A stretch of DNA of 64,000 nt from Epiperipatus broadwayi (lineage: Eukaryota > Animalia > Onychophora). The stretch's first letter is position 1. Each line of letters starts with the position of its first letter. Both the position numbers and the translations under genes were made by a program. The stretch spans positions 930,001 to 994,000 of the forward strand of contig JAQFVV010000011.1 in NCBI GenBank assembly GCA_028023455.1. The letters run 5' to 3'. Below, in pieces: positions 13,153 through 26,825 of this stretch. A model generated the notes under the pieces. The model had not been told where the DNA came from. It did no database searches and was given only the letters and a program-made list of their open reading frames with translations.

Positions 13153-15561
13153 TTATAGAGATACATTACTTTTGGAAGATCAGAAAATGTAAATTGTCAA
13201 ATGAATGAGATCAGAATAAGAATTGCTCACATAAGTTTTTAGTTAAATACTGTAATGGTTAATAAGACAGCAAGTCTTTGTTTTGGGCAAAAAACAAATG
13301 ATGCAAAAGTGTAGATTATTGAAAAAGCCAAACAATGATCCATAAAATGAAAGTTTGTTTCATCAGCATCCACATGATTTACAATCTTCATTTAATCACT
13401 AAAAGTTATGGCCATTTAAAAACGTCAGCATGTAATTATAAATTTTACACATGTATTGAAGATTGGCATTTTCTATGACATTATCTCATATCTTTATTGG
13501 TATTGCAGTTCAAGATATTACATCTAATATTAGGAATACTTATTTAATGCTTGAAAAAGTATATGATTGTTTTTACGTGATTAGCTGTAAGATTAATTGC
13601 ATTGGCATAGACAAGAGCTTAATTTAATATAAATTTTTTGCTGCTACTAAATACATTAGGTTTTCACAAACCAGTCTGTTTTAAGATAAAAGGTTGAAAC
13701 TTCATAAATTTGTTTTGATTATATATACGATCAAGACTATTAAAAGTTATGAATGATCTTAATATCCTAAAAGACAGATATATGCACCATTGTAGTAAAA
13801 GAAATTTTGCCAGCATTTTGATTATTTTTATAATTTGTAGAATTTGCAAGACAGCAAATAGTATTTAAAAGATTAGAAGGCTCTTGATAATGACATTTAT
13901 TAGTTTGATTCTAGCTGTTAGATATAGACTGTCATGGATCAAGAGAGTTCAGCAATGTTCACACACACACACACACACACAGATATGTTCATTTTGAAAA
14001 CCTAGAATGATTTTTTAGCAGATCACTTATAAGCAGATTTACTAATGAATAGTGGGAATACAATTAAGAATCGAATCAGATGTCCTAGTAATGAAAAATT
14101 GCTGATATCACCTTGAGCTAATTATGTAATCTATACATACATTGGCTCGCAATTTGAGTCAGGATAGAATTAATGTATAATCAAACAAGAATGATTGGGA
14201 TGGGGTGATCCCCGTGCAACACTGTTTATGACTTAAACAAATTAGACCCAGCAAAAACAAATTTGTGATGTTGAATCGTTCTTCTTTACATATTTAACTG
14301 TAATGAAAACTGGATTAGATTCAATAAGCAATACAGCTAGAAGCTATTCTGCAAGATAAGGTTGGATGGTATTGTTAACTTCATTCTGTAAGTTCAACTA
14401 AGCTACAATTCTATTAGAAATGTGAGAATTCTTGGTGAATTTGTTTCATAGAGTAGTAACTTTATGTTATATCCTGGAAAGAAGGTGATCAAATTAAAGT
14501 ATAGATATTAATATACATGCCTATTTTTTAAATAAAAATTCTCACAAAAAATTTATTATGTATATTCTCAATAACAAAAAAATACAAACAGCCTTTTTAA
14601 TAAATAGTCCACTTCAGGACAAAGCTCTCTTCAACAGTTTTTCATAGAGGTCTAGTGAAGAAAAAGCTATTCATCAGATTTGCCAATTTCTGGGTGATGA
14701 GGGTTAAGTATGTCTTTCTAAAAAATATCTAAATATTCATTTACTGATCAAAATAGTTAGCTTGATTACCCATTGGCCAGCCCCTTAAGATTTAAAAAAA
14801 AAAACCCTAAGTCCAATGGTATTTAAATATATATATCAATGTGAATGAGAGCCTTATTACCTTTTTTTTTGACAAGATTGAAAATAAATTTATTTTCTCA
14901 GAGAAGGAAAGTCACAATAAACAAATATGTCAAATAAATTGCATAGGTATAATGAGATAAATGCATAGATCTTTGAACATTGTGGCAATAATATTTGAAT
15001 ATACAAGTAAGATAATGTTTAATGTGAGTGACGATTCTATTGATTTCAAAATTTGAAATGAATGGTAACAAAGAACATTATGGATTATAGCGCCAGTTCT
15101 ATGGGAAATCCAATAGTCATGGTGAAGAGACTACAAAATTGACTTTTATATTATAAAAAACTAGAAGTTGACATAGAGTAGATGACAAAATTCATGGTAT
15201 AAAAAATTGACACAAAGATGAAAAACAAAAGGTCTAAATAATTAAATAACAGCTTGCAAGATATTTCTAATCATTTGAATATTAGCATTTTCTTGTATTT
15301 GACTCAGCTAATCATAATATTTAGTCAAAAAAAATATTAATGATTTATTAATTAGTTGATAATACTTGATAGATATTTTTAAATTAAACATTTAACATAA
15401 TTATTTAAAATATAATTATGCAGGTATGTGTTCAGAGTGCTCAATAATGCATTATAAATGAGAATTCAAAAGATATTATCCATGAATAAATGGAAATCAT
15501 TAGGAATAAATATTAATTCTTATTAAGCACAATGTCAGCATGTAATACTTAAATAAGGCTG

Positions 15562-15962
15562 TAACCTTAGTACATGCGACTTGAGTGCTTAATTTATTAC
15601 AAGAGAGACCTCTACAAATCTAAACGCAAGATTTGACTTTATAAAGAACGACCCACTCTTATCTTCAACCTATTTTTCTCATTATATAGGCAAATCTAAA
15701 GCATTTTGACTTGGGAGTGTGAAGCTAATAAATTCTTCACTGATTAAGTCCACTATTTCTGTTAAACATTACTGATCGCAAAATCTTTCGATTTACGAGT
15801 TAATAGTCAGATCTTAAATTTAGATTTGCCTATATAATTAGAAAAATAGGTTGAAGATAAGAGTGGGACTCTCTTATCTTTATAAAGTAAAATCTTGCAT
15901 TTAGATTTGTAGAGGTCTCTCTTGTAATAAATTAAGCATTCAAAATGCATATATTAAGGTTA
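15562..15962. repeat. Family C foldback, ~150-bp arms
   Basis: Long near-perfect inverted arms; the spacer (GAGTGTGAAGCT...CTTCAC...AATCTTTCGATTTAC) is related to the units at 42.7 kb and 58.2 kb. Confidence 0.85.
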
Positions 15963-18900
15963 TAATCATTAGGAATAGTGTTTTTTTTTAAAAACGTTAA
16001 TGGTGAGGAAAAACTTTGCTGTGATATTTTTTGCATAGACTGTCAAAATGGTACAGAAAGATATATTATGAAATAAAAAATATATAATTGAAAAGTTTTC
16101 GGTAAGAGAATATGTGAAGGCAGGAAATACTGAAAAATGAAAATGTAATCTATGTAAAAGTTTAACAAATAGATTGAAAAATGATTGAAAGTCATCAAAA
16201 TCTTACAGAATTTAGAATTAGCAAATGAAAAATTTTGTAAACTTTACATAATGAGTAAATTAAGACTTCTTACATTTAATGTGGCTAATCTAAGCAGGAC
16301 TTTATCCATACTTGCATTGATAAGATTTTGAATGCTTTCCAAGTTTCTGCAACTTCTATGTGCTAATTGATTTTTGCTGATTTTCCCAAAACAATAAGAT
16401 TTAAGATGTACGAATTATTGAGAAAATCAAATGATAAATGATGTAAAGAAAAAACTTCTGCATAACTTCTGCATTTGATTTAGAAAAAATGATACAATTA
16501 GGAAGATTGTAATCCATCTAAATCTTGAAATACCATTGCACGCTTTAAAATAGTAATAAGAACAAATAAATTCTTATTTCTACATTTGATAGATTAATAG
16601 CATGTTGAAAGATGTACAGTTACAGATTCAATTTGGCACAATGGTGTTTTTTTTTTAAATCTTATACATTTGTATCCTAATTGGCCAAATTTGCTGCACT
16701 TAGCATATTTTTCTTTTATATAAATAATAGCGATATCCTTTAATTAATCACATGATCACCATTTAATTAATATCATACAGTGGAACATAAATAGCAAAAG
16801 AGTATATGAAAAGACCCGTGCTTTACTCTGAATAAAATTTAGATTAAATTACAAACTGTTGGACTCAGTAATTGCCATTTCTGATCTTTTCAGATGTGTG
16901 AGGGCAGCAGGGAATCTTTGAGGTCATCAGTTAAACATGGGAAAGTGAATGATCTTTTCTTATAATTAAGTCAGGATCTTTTATAATGTAGTGTAGTTTT
17001 TGATATTATACACCTAAAATTATTCTTTTTTTTTATCAAGTTGTACAGAGCTATGAAAAACCTTTAGAAGAAAAGAGTAATTAATGTGTTCAATCAAACA
17101 AATAGTATAGGGAAAGTATTTATGGAGAAGATGTATTCCAACAAAGCTGAAGGTGTCATGTCAACAATCATTAAAGTAAACGATGGTGCTTCCTATTATT
17201 TTCTTTTATATATGCAGGTTTTTGGATTTGAAATCCTGATCATATGTTATGAAAAATTAAATGAGATGTGAAAAGAGGATGCACGTGTATTTGACCATTA
17301 TCTATTATCAGTTAAAATGTTAGAATCTTTTTTTTTTTTTTCGCAGAATAAGATATACTTTCAATTAATGGAAAAAAATTATTTACTTACCTTAGAGGAG
17401 ATCCATTATGAAGTGAAGTAAGTGAGCACAAATCATATTTATATATTATGAAGTGAAGTTTATTGGGATAATTTCAGAAAAGCAAAAACCTTTTTCAGAA
17501 TAAAGTTCTTGTATGCTTAAACAATAGTGGTTCCAGAAGGCTTTAATTTAAATATATATATATTGTAAGCACACATTCAAACCGACCACACAATCATTAC
17601 CACCAACAATCATCAAAAGCATATTATTGTTTACAAGTTTGTGTAAAATTGTCAATTAAAATTATATTATTGACAATACTGATTTATATGTATACCAAAC
17701 CTTTAAACGCAAGCAAGTAAAAATCTCGAAAAACAAAAAAAAAATTATTAATGTTAAACTTTTTTTTGTTGTTGTTTATTAATCCAGCATAAAATTCTAT
17801 AAAGATCAAAATGATATCAATAATGAAAGCAAAGCACGAACTGAAAACTCATGCATCGATAAATAAAACATAAGACAATAGAGAACACTTTTGGTTCTTT
17901 TTAAGAAAAAAGGAAGGCAAATAAATTATGTCATCATGAAAAGTTACTTGATAAATTCTTAAAATCAATTTATTTATCATATTAACTATCCTCAATATTA
18001 AAGTTCATAAGCCATTACAATTGTAATTTGAGAAAGTTGACTAAGAACCTACCTTAATTACATAAAGCTTATATTTTTAACCCAAGTTATAAGCTAGAAA
18101 AGGCCAAATCATGCATGGCTAGGAAACGATAAAACATCGTGGGGATGGAGCTGCTCGTCATACAATCAAGAGTTTCCGATATAATTATCATTTAAAATTA
18201 ACATCCATGATAATCATGCTAACAAAAGATCTACAACTCACAGCAATCAAATAAAGAAATTATCTCATCACAGGAAAGATCGTTTATAAAAGAGTCTGAG
18301 TCACAAACATGAAGATCCAGATGGCGATCGAAGCTTATCCAATGGATTACTATTCAGTTCATGTAAAGGAACTTTCCTAAAGGCAAAGATACTCAGATGT
18401 TTGGCTAGACTACATACACTGGATTAACATCCCAAATTATATATTTTATCTTTTTTTATTATTTCGTTTGTTAAATTGGTTTCTTTCTTTTGAAACAGAG
18501 TTAATCCATCCAACCACCCATTATTCTAGAGGGAGGGAAGTCATCAATTCTTTTTTTTTTCATTTAATAATAAAACTTAGGTGCAGATTCCCGAAGTTGC
18601 TTGCCAATTGATACATTAGTCTACTGACTTGAAGGTGAGACTTTATTCTTATTCAATATTAAGCACTTACACTTTGACAGTTACAATATTTTTTATGTTC
18701 AATGTTTGTGTTCAATTAACTTAATTATTAATTATTTATTATTCGGAATGTATGACTAAACCCTTGAATGATTGGTCTGTTCTATCATAGATCTATATGA
18801 CACCAGAATAGGAGGGGGCTCAGAATCTATAAGCAACTCTCAACAGATCACAAAATATAGACAAACAAAGTAGAAATTAATAACAAATGATTTCATGGAA

Positions 18901-19329
18901 TTTTAGGCAGCAAAGAATTAATAATTTTAAAATTGCTTCGATATAAATTTGAGTTAGTTAAATTGGAATGGGAAATGACCATTCTTCATTGGAATCAAAG
19001 GTATAGGTGAGTACATAGTTAATGAACACAAACAAAGGATGATCATGTCTATGCAATCATTAAATGTTAAATACATACATAACTTTGTTATAAAAAAATT
19101 ATGAACAGCGATCATCATCAAAATTAATTAGCTAAATATTAAATCAAATTAGTTGACTTGTTGATTTTTCTATTGTCCAATTAATCACACTATACGCATA
19201 TCCAATGCACACATCAGATACAGAATAATCATACCTTGAAAGAGAGTTCATGAACATTCTCCCTGAGTTTGAATTCTATGGCATAACGATCAAGGAGAAG
19301 TGAATTAATGGAAGTTATGTAAGTGTGAA

Positions 19330-19700
19330 TTCCATCCCACTCAATCAGTAATCATCATAGGATCACTTCATAAAACTTAGGTGAATCATCAGATAACTGA
19401 CTTACCTTAACAAATTTAATGCTCTATCTTGAAGACACAACGGGCAACCATAGTTAAATGCATCTCTCAAGGAGAATAGTTCATCCCATTATATATGCCA
19501 CCCAAATCTGTGGGACTCTTAAATAAGAGCATAGAATGTATAGCTTCAATCCCGTCATATATGACATGACCAATCGTGGAACATGATATATATGGCTTTC
19601 AACGATTGGGCTATTTTGTTCTCCTATTGTGCATCTCCAATACATTGCATACGACCATCCCATTACAATATATATATATATAAATATAGAAAAGGAAAAA
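19330..19700 (+). mobile_element. Possible highly decayed LINE RT C-terminal relic
   Basis: Broken frames resembling KYLGV-I and HPIIYATQICG (compare PILTYASEVWG). Weak. Confidence 0.3.
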
Positions 19701-21462
19701 ACAAAAATGCATTCAACTTTCAAAAAGCCAGCATATGAATTATCTTCACATTTTATTATTCTACTGATACATTTACTTCAATAACTTTTATTACCACAGT
19801 AAACCAATTTGATGACGTTTTTTTTTTTTAATTTAAATATCATTTTTGCAATTAGCTTGTTTTTTTTTTGATAATAGTTTTAATTGTTTTTCTTTTTTTC
19901 TTCTTAAAAACTCATTGAATTTGATAACTTATACTATAAAACTCATTTTAAATGTAATATATATGTAATTTAGGTACAAATGTAAAAAAAGAAAAATTCT
20001 ATTTATTTTAATACTTATAATGTGTGTAAATGTTATTAATAAATACAAAAATTAAAAGAATATATATAAAATAATTTATTATCTTGATTAGAAAATTCTG
20101 GGCAATAAATTTTTTTATTTTAGGAATCAAATATTTTAAAAATTCTTCAGTACTGTACATAGAAGTCCTAATTTGAATTTCCAGAGTCTATAGTGCCCAT
20201 ATGTGCTGTCAAAACTGATGAAAAGTTTTTTTTATTATATTAGGTAATCAGAAACTGCTTTAATTCTCAGCTGCAGATTTATAAGATAAATTTCTGTCCA
20301 AAGCCATACTCAAGTAGCAAATCCATTAATGATTTTTTTTTTTAATGATGACATTTGCATTGCCCTCATGCCAGTTTTGACATCTGATGAATTTGAAATT
20401 TCATGATTTGAAACATCAAGACAAAAAAAAAAAAACAAAAACAAACAATAACTCTGGAATTTAGACATAATGTGTAAATAACATGGAAAAGTGACGAGGC
20501 TTTCAAATCCCTAAGAAAGCAAATTAATTAATTATAAATGCACATTGTATATATTATCCTCTAGAATTCAAAAACTGGTAGGTTCTCTTGATAAAATATG
20601 TGAGGCTTATTTCATGCATTCTTGACAAATTATTCAGACTTTCTTTGTTCCTCAGCCAAAATTTTGGGGCATTACTTTCTCTCTAAATTAGCCTTCATCA
20701 TATTAGTAATTAGAGTCATCCAAAAAATTCCAAAAAATTAGACCATCCTAAAAAAGAAAAAAAATCATAATAATTAATACTCTGTAATGGTTAATCATTT
20801 TAATTTTCTCTACCCTTCCCCACCCTCATTTTGTTTCAATCATTTGTTTGGAATTAGTAACAGGTTAATAATATATATAAATATTAAGTGTTAACATTGT
20901 GAAACTCTTATTTTTTATAACTATCTAATAATAAAAACTTTTGTCGTCTGACAAATGATCTTTCCTATCAAAATATTTTCATCAGTTTAATAATGTAGTG
21001 CGATTTTTCTATCAGACACTTATGAAGATAGCATCAGTCAAACTTGTTTCATTTAGAAGTATATGTAAGACCATATCAGCTAATAAATGTTAATAATGAA
21101 CTACTCCAATTAAAATATATATTGAACTTCAATAACTAGGCATTCTTGATTTCTCAAGTTTTCTCACATTAACGATTTAGTGAAATAATAAATGACATAC
21201 AGTAATAATTCAATAATATAATGCTATTACCATTACTATTCTAACAATTACCATATTCCTATTCTTTATAGCCTCATTTACAATTATTCTGCTAGCTTCA
21301 ATTAAAAAGTTTATATTTTATTTCTGATATACTTAAGACTGTTATTTCTAAAAACTTACAATCTGTTAACTAATTAATAGTTATTAAATATAAAGACCAT
21401 AAAACATATCTTGCATATATAAAAAAGGTAAAATAATAGAAAAGTATATGGTATACATATTT

Positions 21463-21699
21463 CAAATTTGCAAATGTTTGTTAGTCTGCATAATGTAGTG
21501 CTTTGTTTTTTCTTTGTAATCTAAAGTTGAGTGCACTTTTGGTGAAGTTTGCCATAATCAAGAGCTATGACTATGATGAACTTTGTTGAAAGTGCACTCA
21601 GCTTTAGGTTACAAAAAAAAAAACAACAGTTCATTATGCAGATGAACAAACATATGCAAATTTAAATAACAAATGCAAATGAAGAGAAAAATCAATATT
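21463..21699. mobile_element. Compact twin-hammerhead palindrome (200-bp foldback plus one-sided 36-bp extension)
   Basis: Inverted arms 21464-21663 centred on AGCT; HHR motifs on both strands; 12-bp direct repeat GTATACATATTT at 21451-21462 and 21700-21711. Confidence 0.75.
21561..21605 (+). ncRNA. Type I hammerhead motif, A3-U8 variant
   Basis: AGAGCT-ATGACTA-T-GATG-AACTT-TGTT-GAAA-GTGCAC-TC-AGCTTT; stem II held by G-U wobbles, consistent with decay of GACG/CGTC. The mirror motif at 21525-21566 (minus) has lost G12. Confidence 0.65.
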
Positions 21700-22330
21700 G
21701 TATACATATTTATAAAAATGTTTGCAGGCACGCACATACAAAGGAAGGTAATAAAAAAGTTCAATTACAATTTTTTTTTTTCTATTATTCTTTAAGTTCC
21801 CTTCACATGTGATCTCTAATAACTTTAGTAGAATTATAAAAATGTTTCTATAATCATTATAGGAATAAACAATTATCTCATATGCAATACAGAGTTATGT
21901 AAATTTGACCGGTTAATATTTTTGTAAATGAAAAAACCATGTTCATATTGCAAACTATTACTTTCTCAATAGAATTCAGCTTATTTTTGCCAAAAAGGAA
22001 AAAAAAAACCAACTTTATAGATAATTTAAACTATTACATAATCCATAAAAAATACAGATTAAAAGCTTATATAATTAAAAGCTTATAATGTTTTTCTGAA
22101 GTTTTGTGACGTTGGTATTTTAGATGTGATAATATGATGGACTACTTATATCATTTAACACTAAATTTTCAATATACAGAAAATTTTAAACTTTATTTAA
22201 ACTTCTAAATACAAATGACTGTTAGTAAAACACACAAAGACAACCCTGATTAGTAGATTGCACAACATTTCACATGGCATTATTCACCACACTTATTCAG
22301 ATGTTACTGTTTTGACCAGTGATAATGCTA

Positions 22331-22411
22331 GCATAGGGGTCGAACTTACACCTTTAGATTGTTGAATATCGAATTTTAAGGCAACACTCTAACTAACTGT
22401 GCTATTCTGCC
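22331..22411 (-). mobile_element. Degenerate tRNA-derived SINE head
   Basis: A-box-like TAGCACAGTTAGTTAGAG and B-box AGTTCGACCCC. Confidence 0.4.
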
Positions 22412-25257
22412 AAAAGCAAGAAGAAAAGCAAGAAACAGAGCAAAGAATACCACTGGAAGTGTTGTGTAATCTACTAATCTGTGTTGTCTTTGTGTGTTAC
22501 TGTTAATAATTGTTTGTATTTGGGAAAGCTAAAATTTTTCTAAATATTCAACATTTAATGATAGATGATGGAAATACTCCTAATATATCACATATTAATA
22601 TTTATAAATATAATACCAGCATTTGAACATTCCAAACATATACACACAATGAAAGACAATAAAGATATGCAAACCTAATTAAAATATTTATTTTTAAAAA
22701 AATAAAAAACCTTGAATTAAAATTTGAATGAAATCAAGTATTTTTATGCAATTAACATACAGAAATATTTTCCCCTTAAAACAAACTCTTCAATTGTTTT
22801 ATAATTAATGCACTTTTGTTAATTTTTTTTTTTTTTAACTTAAAAAAAAATTCGGATGATATACTGTGCAATATGCTTCAAGTTATTATTTATGGATCGA
22901 TTTATGTTTAAAAGAAAACATTAAACACCCACATACATCATTACATATTTCGGGATATTACTCTAAAATTTCCCACTTCGCTCATTATAGGTCAAAAGCT
23001 AAACATAATTGTTTAAATCATATCTTTGTAACAATTCTCCATATCCCAGCAGCATTTTAAACATTCCATTTTAATTCTACAAAATGATCCTATAAAATTT
23101 ATTCCAGTTAAAGACTTAATTTTGAAAAGCATAGTTGACCAATAGGATGAAAAAAAAACCCCTCCCTCCTTATTAATATTATTATGAGAAAAAACATTTC
23201 TTTTTTACGAAGTCAGAAATCTTTCTGAAAATAAGCAAAAAGAAAACAATTAGGTATTACATAAAGATGGCTCTTGATATTGTTATATTTTTTTAGTCAA
23301 ATGTAAAAGGAGGTTTAAAGTTGGCATAAAATTCGTTTTTAAAACGTACAGAAATTGATCTGGTTAATAAGTTGGCTTGGGTTCAAACCTTAAAATTTTT
23401 TGAATTTCAGGCTTGAACAATATAAAGGAGCAAAGAATGGCATCAATGTGCTTAAGCATATTATTTCCACCTTTAAATCTTGTTTTTGGGATGAGAATAC
23501 TATAGCACTCTATCTGTTATCCAATCATTACATAAATTTACCTATGGATATGGTATAGAATAAGAAAAATATTTCATTAACCCATTTTTAAAATTGTCAA
23601 CATAGTATATGATATATAGTTATGACTCCTTTTTCTCACAAAGATAAAGATGTTTTGCTGCCATAAACATGATCAACAATTGTCAACATCCATTACAACA
23701 CTATTTTCCAAAATAAGGAGAATGATAAAAAATACACATACAACAAACAAAAACAAGCAAGACAAAAACAGATTTAGTTAATAAGGATAAAAAACAAAAA
23801 AGATACTTTCGCTATGAAGGATTGCTAAAAGACAAAAAGTGAACCTCATAATAAATTTCAATTAAGATGAGAGATATAATCAATCAATAAAAAAATTACA
23901 ATTTTTTAAAATTTTCTTAAATTGGTGATCAACTTCAAAATAAAATCTACCACAATTGTCCAGTCCTTAACTTTAAAAATATATTTACATAATTTTACAA
24001 ACTTTTTTAATTTTAAAAATAACAATATTTTATCTAAAGATATCTTAAATGTTATTTTTAATATATAAAAAAAAAAGATACAAGAAATTGGTATGACAAT
24101 AAAGTATTGAATTTAGTATTTACGTTTTAAATGTATACAAGGCTCATTACAGTTTTAAGATGCATATATAAATATTAAGATTCTACAATGAATTGTAAGA
24201 GAGTAGAAAGCAATGTCAAGCTATTACTGTGATGATCAAGTATTGATACTAGATTTTGGCATTCAATTATCTAATAACCTCAACCTGAACTAATAAATGT
24301 TTATACATCACCACCATTATTATTTTTAACAATTTTCTCCAATCCACAAACTTCTCTCTCTTCTCCACATTACTCCAGAAAATTGTCCTATCCATAAATA
24401 TCACTTTTTAGATCATTTACAATCTCTTAAAAATTAATTTAAAGATTTGGATCATTTATCTATTGGCATTGCTTCTAGTGACAGGTCCAGTTCAGTCTTG
24501 AAGTTTTACAATGATATCAGTGATATTCATTTCTTCTCTAACCCAGTAATTTCATTTTTTTATCCTTCTTTGTTAATGCGTATATCTATCTTTATTTAAT
24601 TCATTATATGGTTTGAAGTTTCTTTAATTGTTCTATTAACTGTACAAATCTCAAACTAAAAGTAAACCATTAAAACACATTTGTTAACAGCCTTTCTTTT
24701 TAAGCAGATACACATTTCTTTTTAATATTAAATTATTTTTATTATAAGCTCTCCCATCACACTAGTGTATGGAGAGTTTTGCCTCTTTTAATAAGATCTC
24801 CCATCCTAATTTAAATCTGATTAATTTTTTCTATTATATTTCTTCCATTTACACTAATAATCTGACCAAAATATTTATAGCTCACTTTTAATTTATTACT
24901 AACATTCTTTATAATTTTCAAAAAGCCATTGAATATTATTTTATTCTTTTTTTAAATATATCTTTAGTTCTACTTTCTTATTTTCAGGTGATAGACCTTA
25001 TAATATTTTCTAAGCACTGAAGCACTACATTTACAAAAGCAATTATATTATCTGCAAAATCTAAATGAGTTAAGTAATCATTTATTTTTATTTCAATAAA
25101 CATCACATGACCACCTCCTCTTATGCTTGTGTATAACTTATTAAAACAGGCAAACCTCACTATATATATATATTACCACACCCAGCAAGCTAGAGTAATC
25201 AATGGATGCCAGAAGGCTTGTGCATAAAATCCCCATCTAATGCCTACTCATCCAATA

Positions 25258-25299
25258 TCCCCAGACCAGTTTCTGGCTTACGGCCTTCGTCAGTGAGGA
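25258..25299 (-). ncRNA. Minimal type I hammerhead motif, family A left arm
   Basis: TCCTCA-CTGACGA-A-GGC-CGTAA-GCC-A-GAAA-CTGG-TC-TGGGGA; 6-bp stem I. Confidence 0.7.
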
Positions 25300-25337
25300 G
25301 CCTTGGATCTGCACTGCAGTGCTCTCAGATCCAAGGC

Positions 25338-25379
25338 TCCTTACTGACGAAGGCCATAAGCCAGAAACTAGTATGGAGA
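25338..25379 (+). ncRNA. Minimal type I hammerhead motif, family A right arm
   Basis: TCCTTA-CTGACGA-A-GGC-CATAA-GCC-A-GAAA-CTAG-TA-TGGAGA. Confidence 0.65.
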
Positions 25380-26576
25380 TATTGGATGAGTAGGCACTAG
25401 GGATTTTATGCACAAGCCTTCTGGCATCCATTGTTACTCTAGCTTGCTGTGTGTGGCAATATATATAGTGAGGTTTGCCTGTTTTATTTTTATTTCATCA
25501 GCTTCCTATTTTAATTCCCTAAATTTCTCTGAAAACTTCTTTGAGAATCATACCACTGCTGTTTGAATTTTGATAAATATTTATCTTAATTTGATAATAT
25601 CATGGTACATGAAACTGCAGAAATATTGAGAGAATCAAATGTCTTTTCATAATCTAAAAATCCAATGCAAAACACTAACTCTGGCTTCATTGATCCTTTC
25701 TAAAACTCTCTAAAACAGTTGGTGCAATCTACTGTGATATAACTTTTAAATCCAGCTTGGTCTTAACTTACGTTTGGTTTGAATCCAATGTTTTATGAGA
25801 ATGAGTTGTAATAATCTTCATAAAGATCTATAAAATCAGGAAAATCTTCAATTGCCAAACACTGCTTTTATTGATGACCTTACAAGCTCAAGAAAATAAG
25901 AAATATATTTTATTTCTGTCTGTCATGGTAATAAATATATATATAAATTCATACTGATATTCATTTTACTTTAAAAAATATATAATTGGTACCTAAGTTA
26001 AAAACTATCAAACATCAGGAAAAAAAGACCACACTGTTTTATTTGTTTCAATTTTAGAGATAAAAATTTATAAAATTATAATACTGACTGATACATTTTG
26101 ATGAAAAGATCATCCATGTTTATTTACCATATAAATAATCATTTGGTAACAACAACTAGTAACAATAATGTATGAAATAACTCTAGTAATTTACCCTATG
26201 TGATTTTCTAAAAATCTTGATGAAATCAGACTTCTTTGAGTTAATACCATACTTCTTTTCTGCAACCATATATATACATATGTGCATATATACCATATTC
26301 ATTGATTAGAGAAAATGTAAATTGAAAATATTAATTATTTAAATTCTTAAGATCATTTTTGAATAAAGATTTAACATCACATTTATAAAAAAACTAATAC
26401 GATAATGTTCAAATATTAAATATAAAATAAGTAAACATTTTAAACAAAAGTACAAATTTTACTTCTATAGATTTTCAGAAAAATTCTATCCTGTGGAATA
26501 ATTATACCATAGTAAAAAAATCAAACTATTGCTTCTTAGCATAAAAAAAAAAAACCCAATAAACTCTCCATATAGT

Positions 26577-26825
26577 CAGGGCCACTGTGTACGGGTGTAA
26601 AGGTGGCATGGGGCACAAAGGCGCTTCATTACTGGGTGTCAGGACTCCAAGGTAATTAATAAATTTTATATATAAATAAAATTGTTTATATTTTAAAATC
26701 ATTTCATCATTAGAAATACATTCCAAGTGTAAATATTTTTTATTTAAATATGAGAGGAGAGGAATACTTTATTTAAACTTATTTGTGACAATTACCCCGG
26801 CTTTGAATTTCTAGGCACAAACTCG
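26577..26825. mobile_element. Possible hAT-type MITE relic
   Basis: GC-rich left end CAGGGCCACTG and a degenerate right end CCCCGGC...CTAGGCAC around an AT-rich interior. TSD not resolved. Confidence 0.3.

Larger units (their letters stand above)
25096..25482 (+). mobile_element. Family A palindromic hammerhead element with 15-bp TSD
   Basis: Exact TSD TTTATTTTTATTTCA at 25081-25095 and 25483-25497; leader 25096-25141; near-perfect foldback 25142-25486; one HHR per arm. Confidence 0.9.
24306..25900 (-). mobile_element. Decayed RTE LINE interrupted by a family A insertion
   Basis: Minus frames give CIGFLDYEKTFDSL (25630-25675) and EIKIN-DYLTHLDFAD, which is continuous across the insertion once one TSD is removed; 3' end near 24306 resembles the other RTE tails. 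Confidence 0.75.

Noticed and set aside
18050-18430. Coding-like stretch (YSDVWLDYIHW) resembling a HAT repeat or TE protein
   Set aside because: In-frame stops, no clear splice sites, and similarity too weak to call by eye.
20380-20425. CTGATGA...GAAACATC motif
   Set aside because: No credible stem I or stem II.
25206-25431. Pair of near-identical opposite-strand 64-aa ORFs
   Set aside because: Simple by-product of the family A palindrome.
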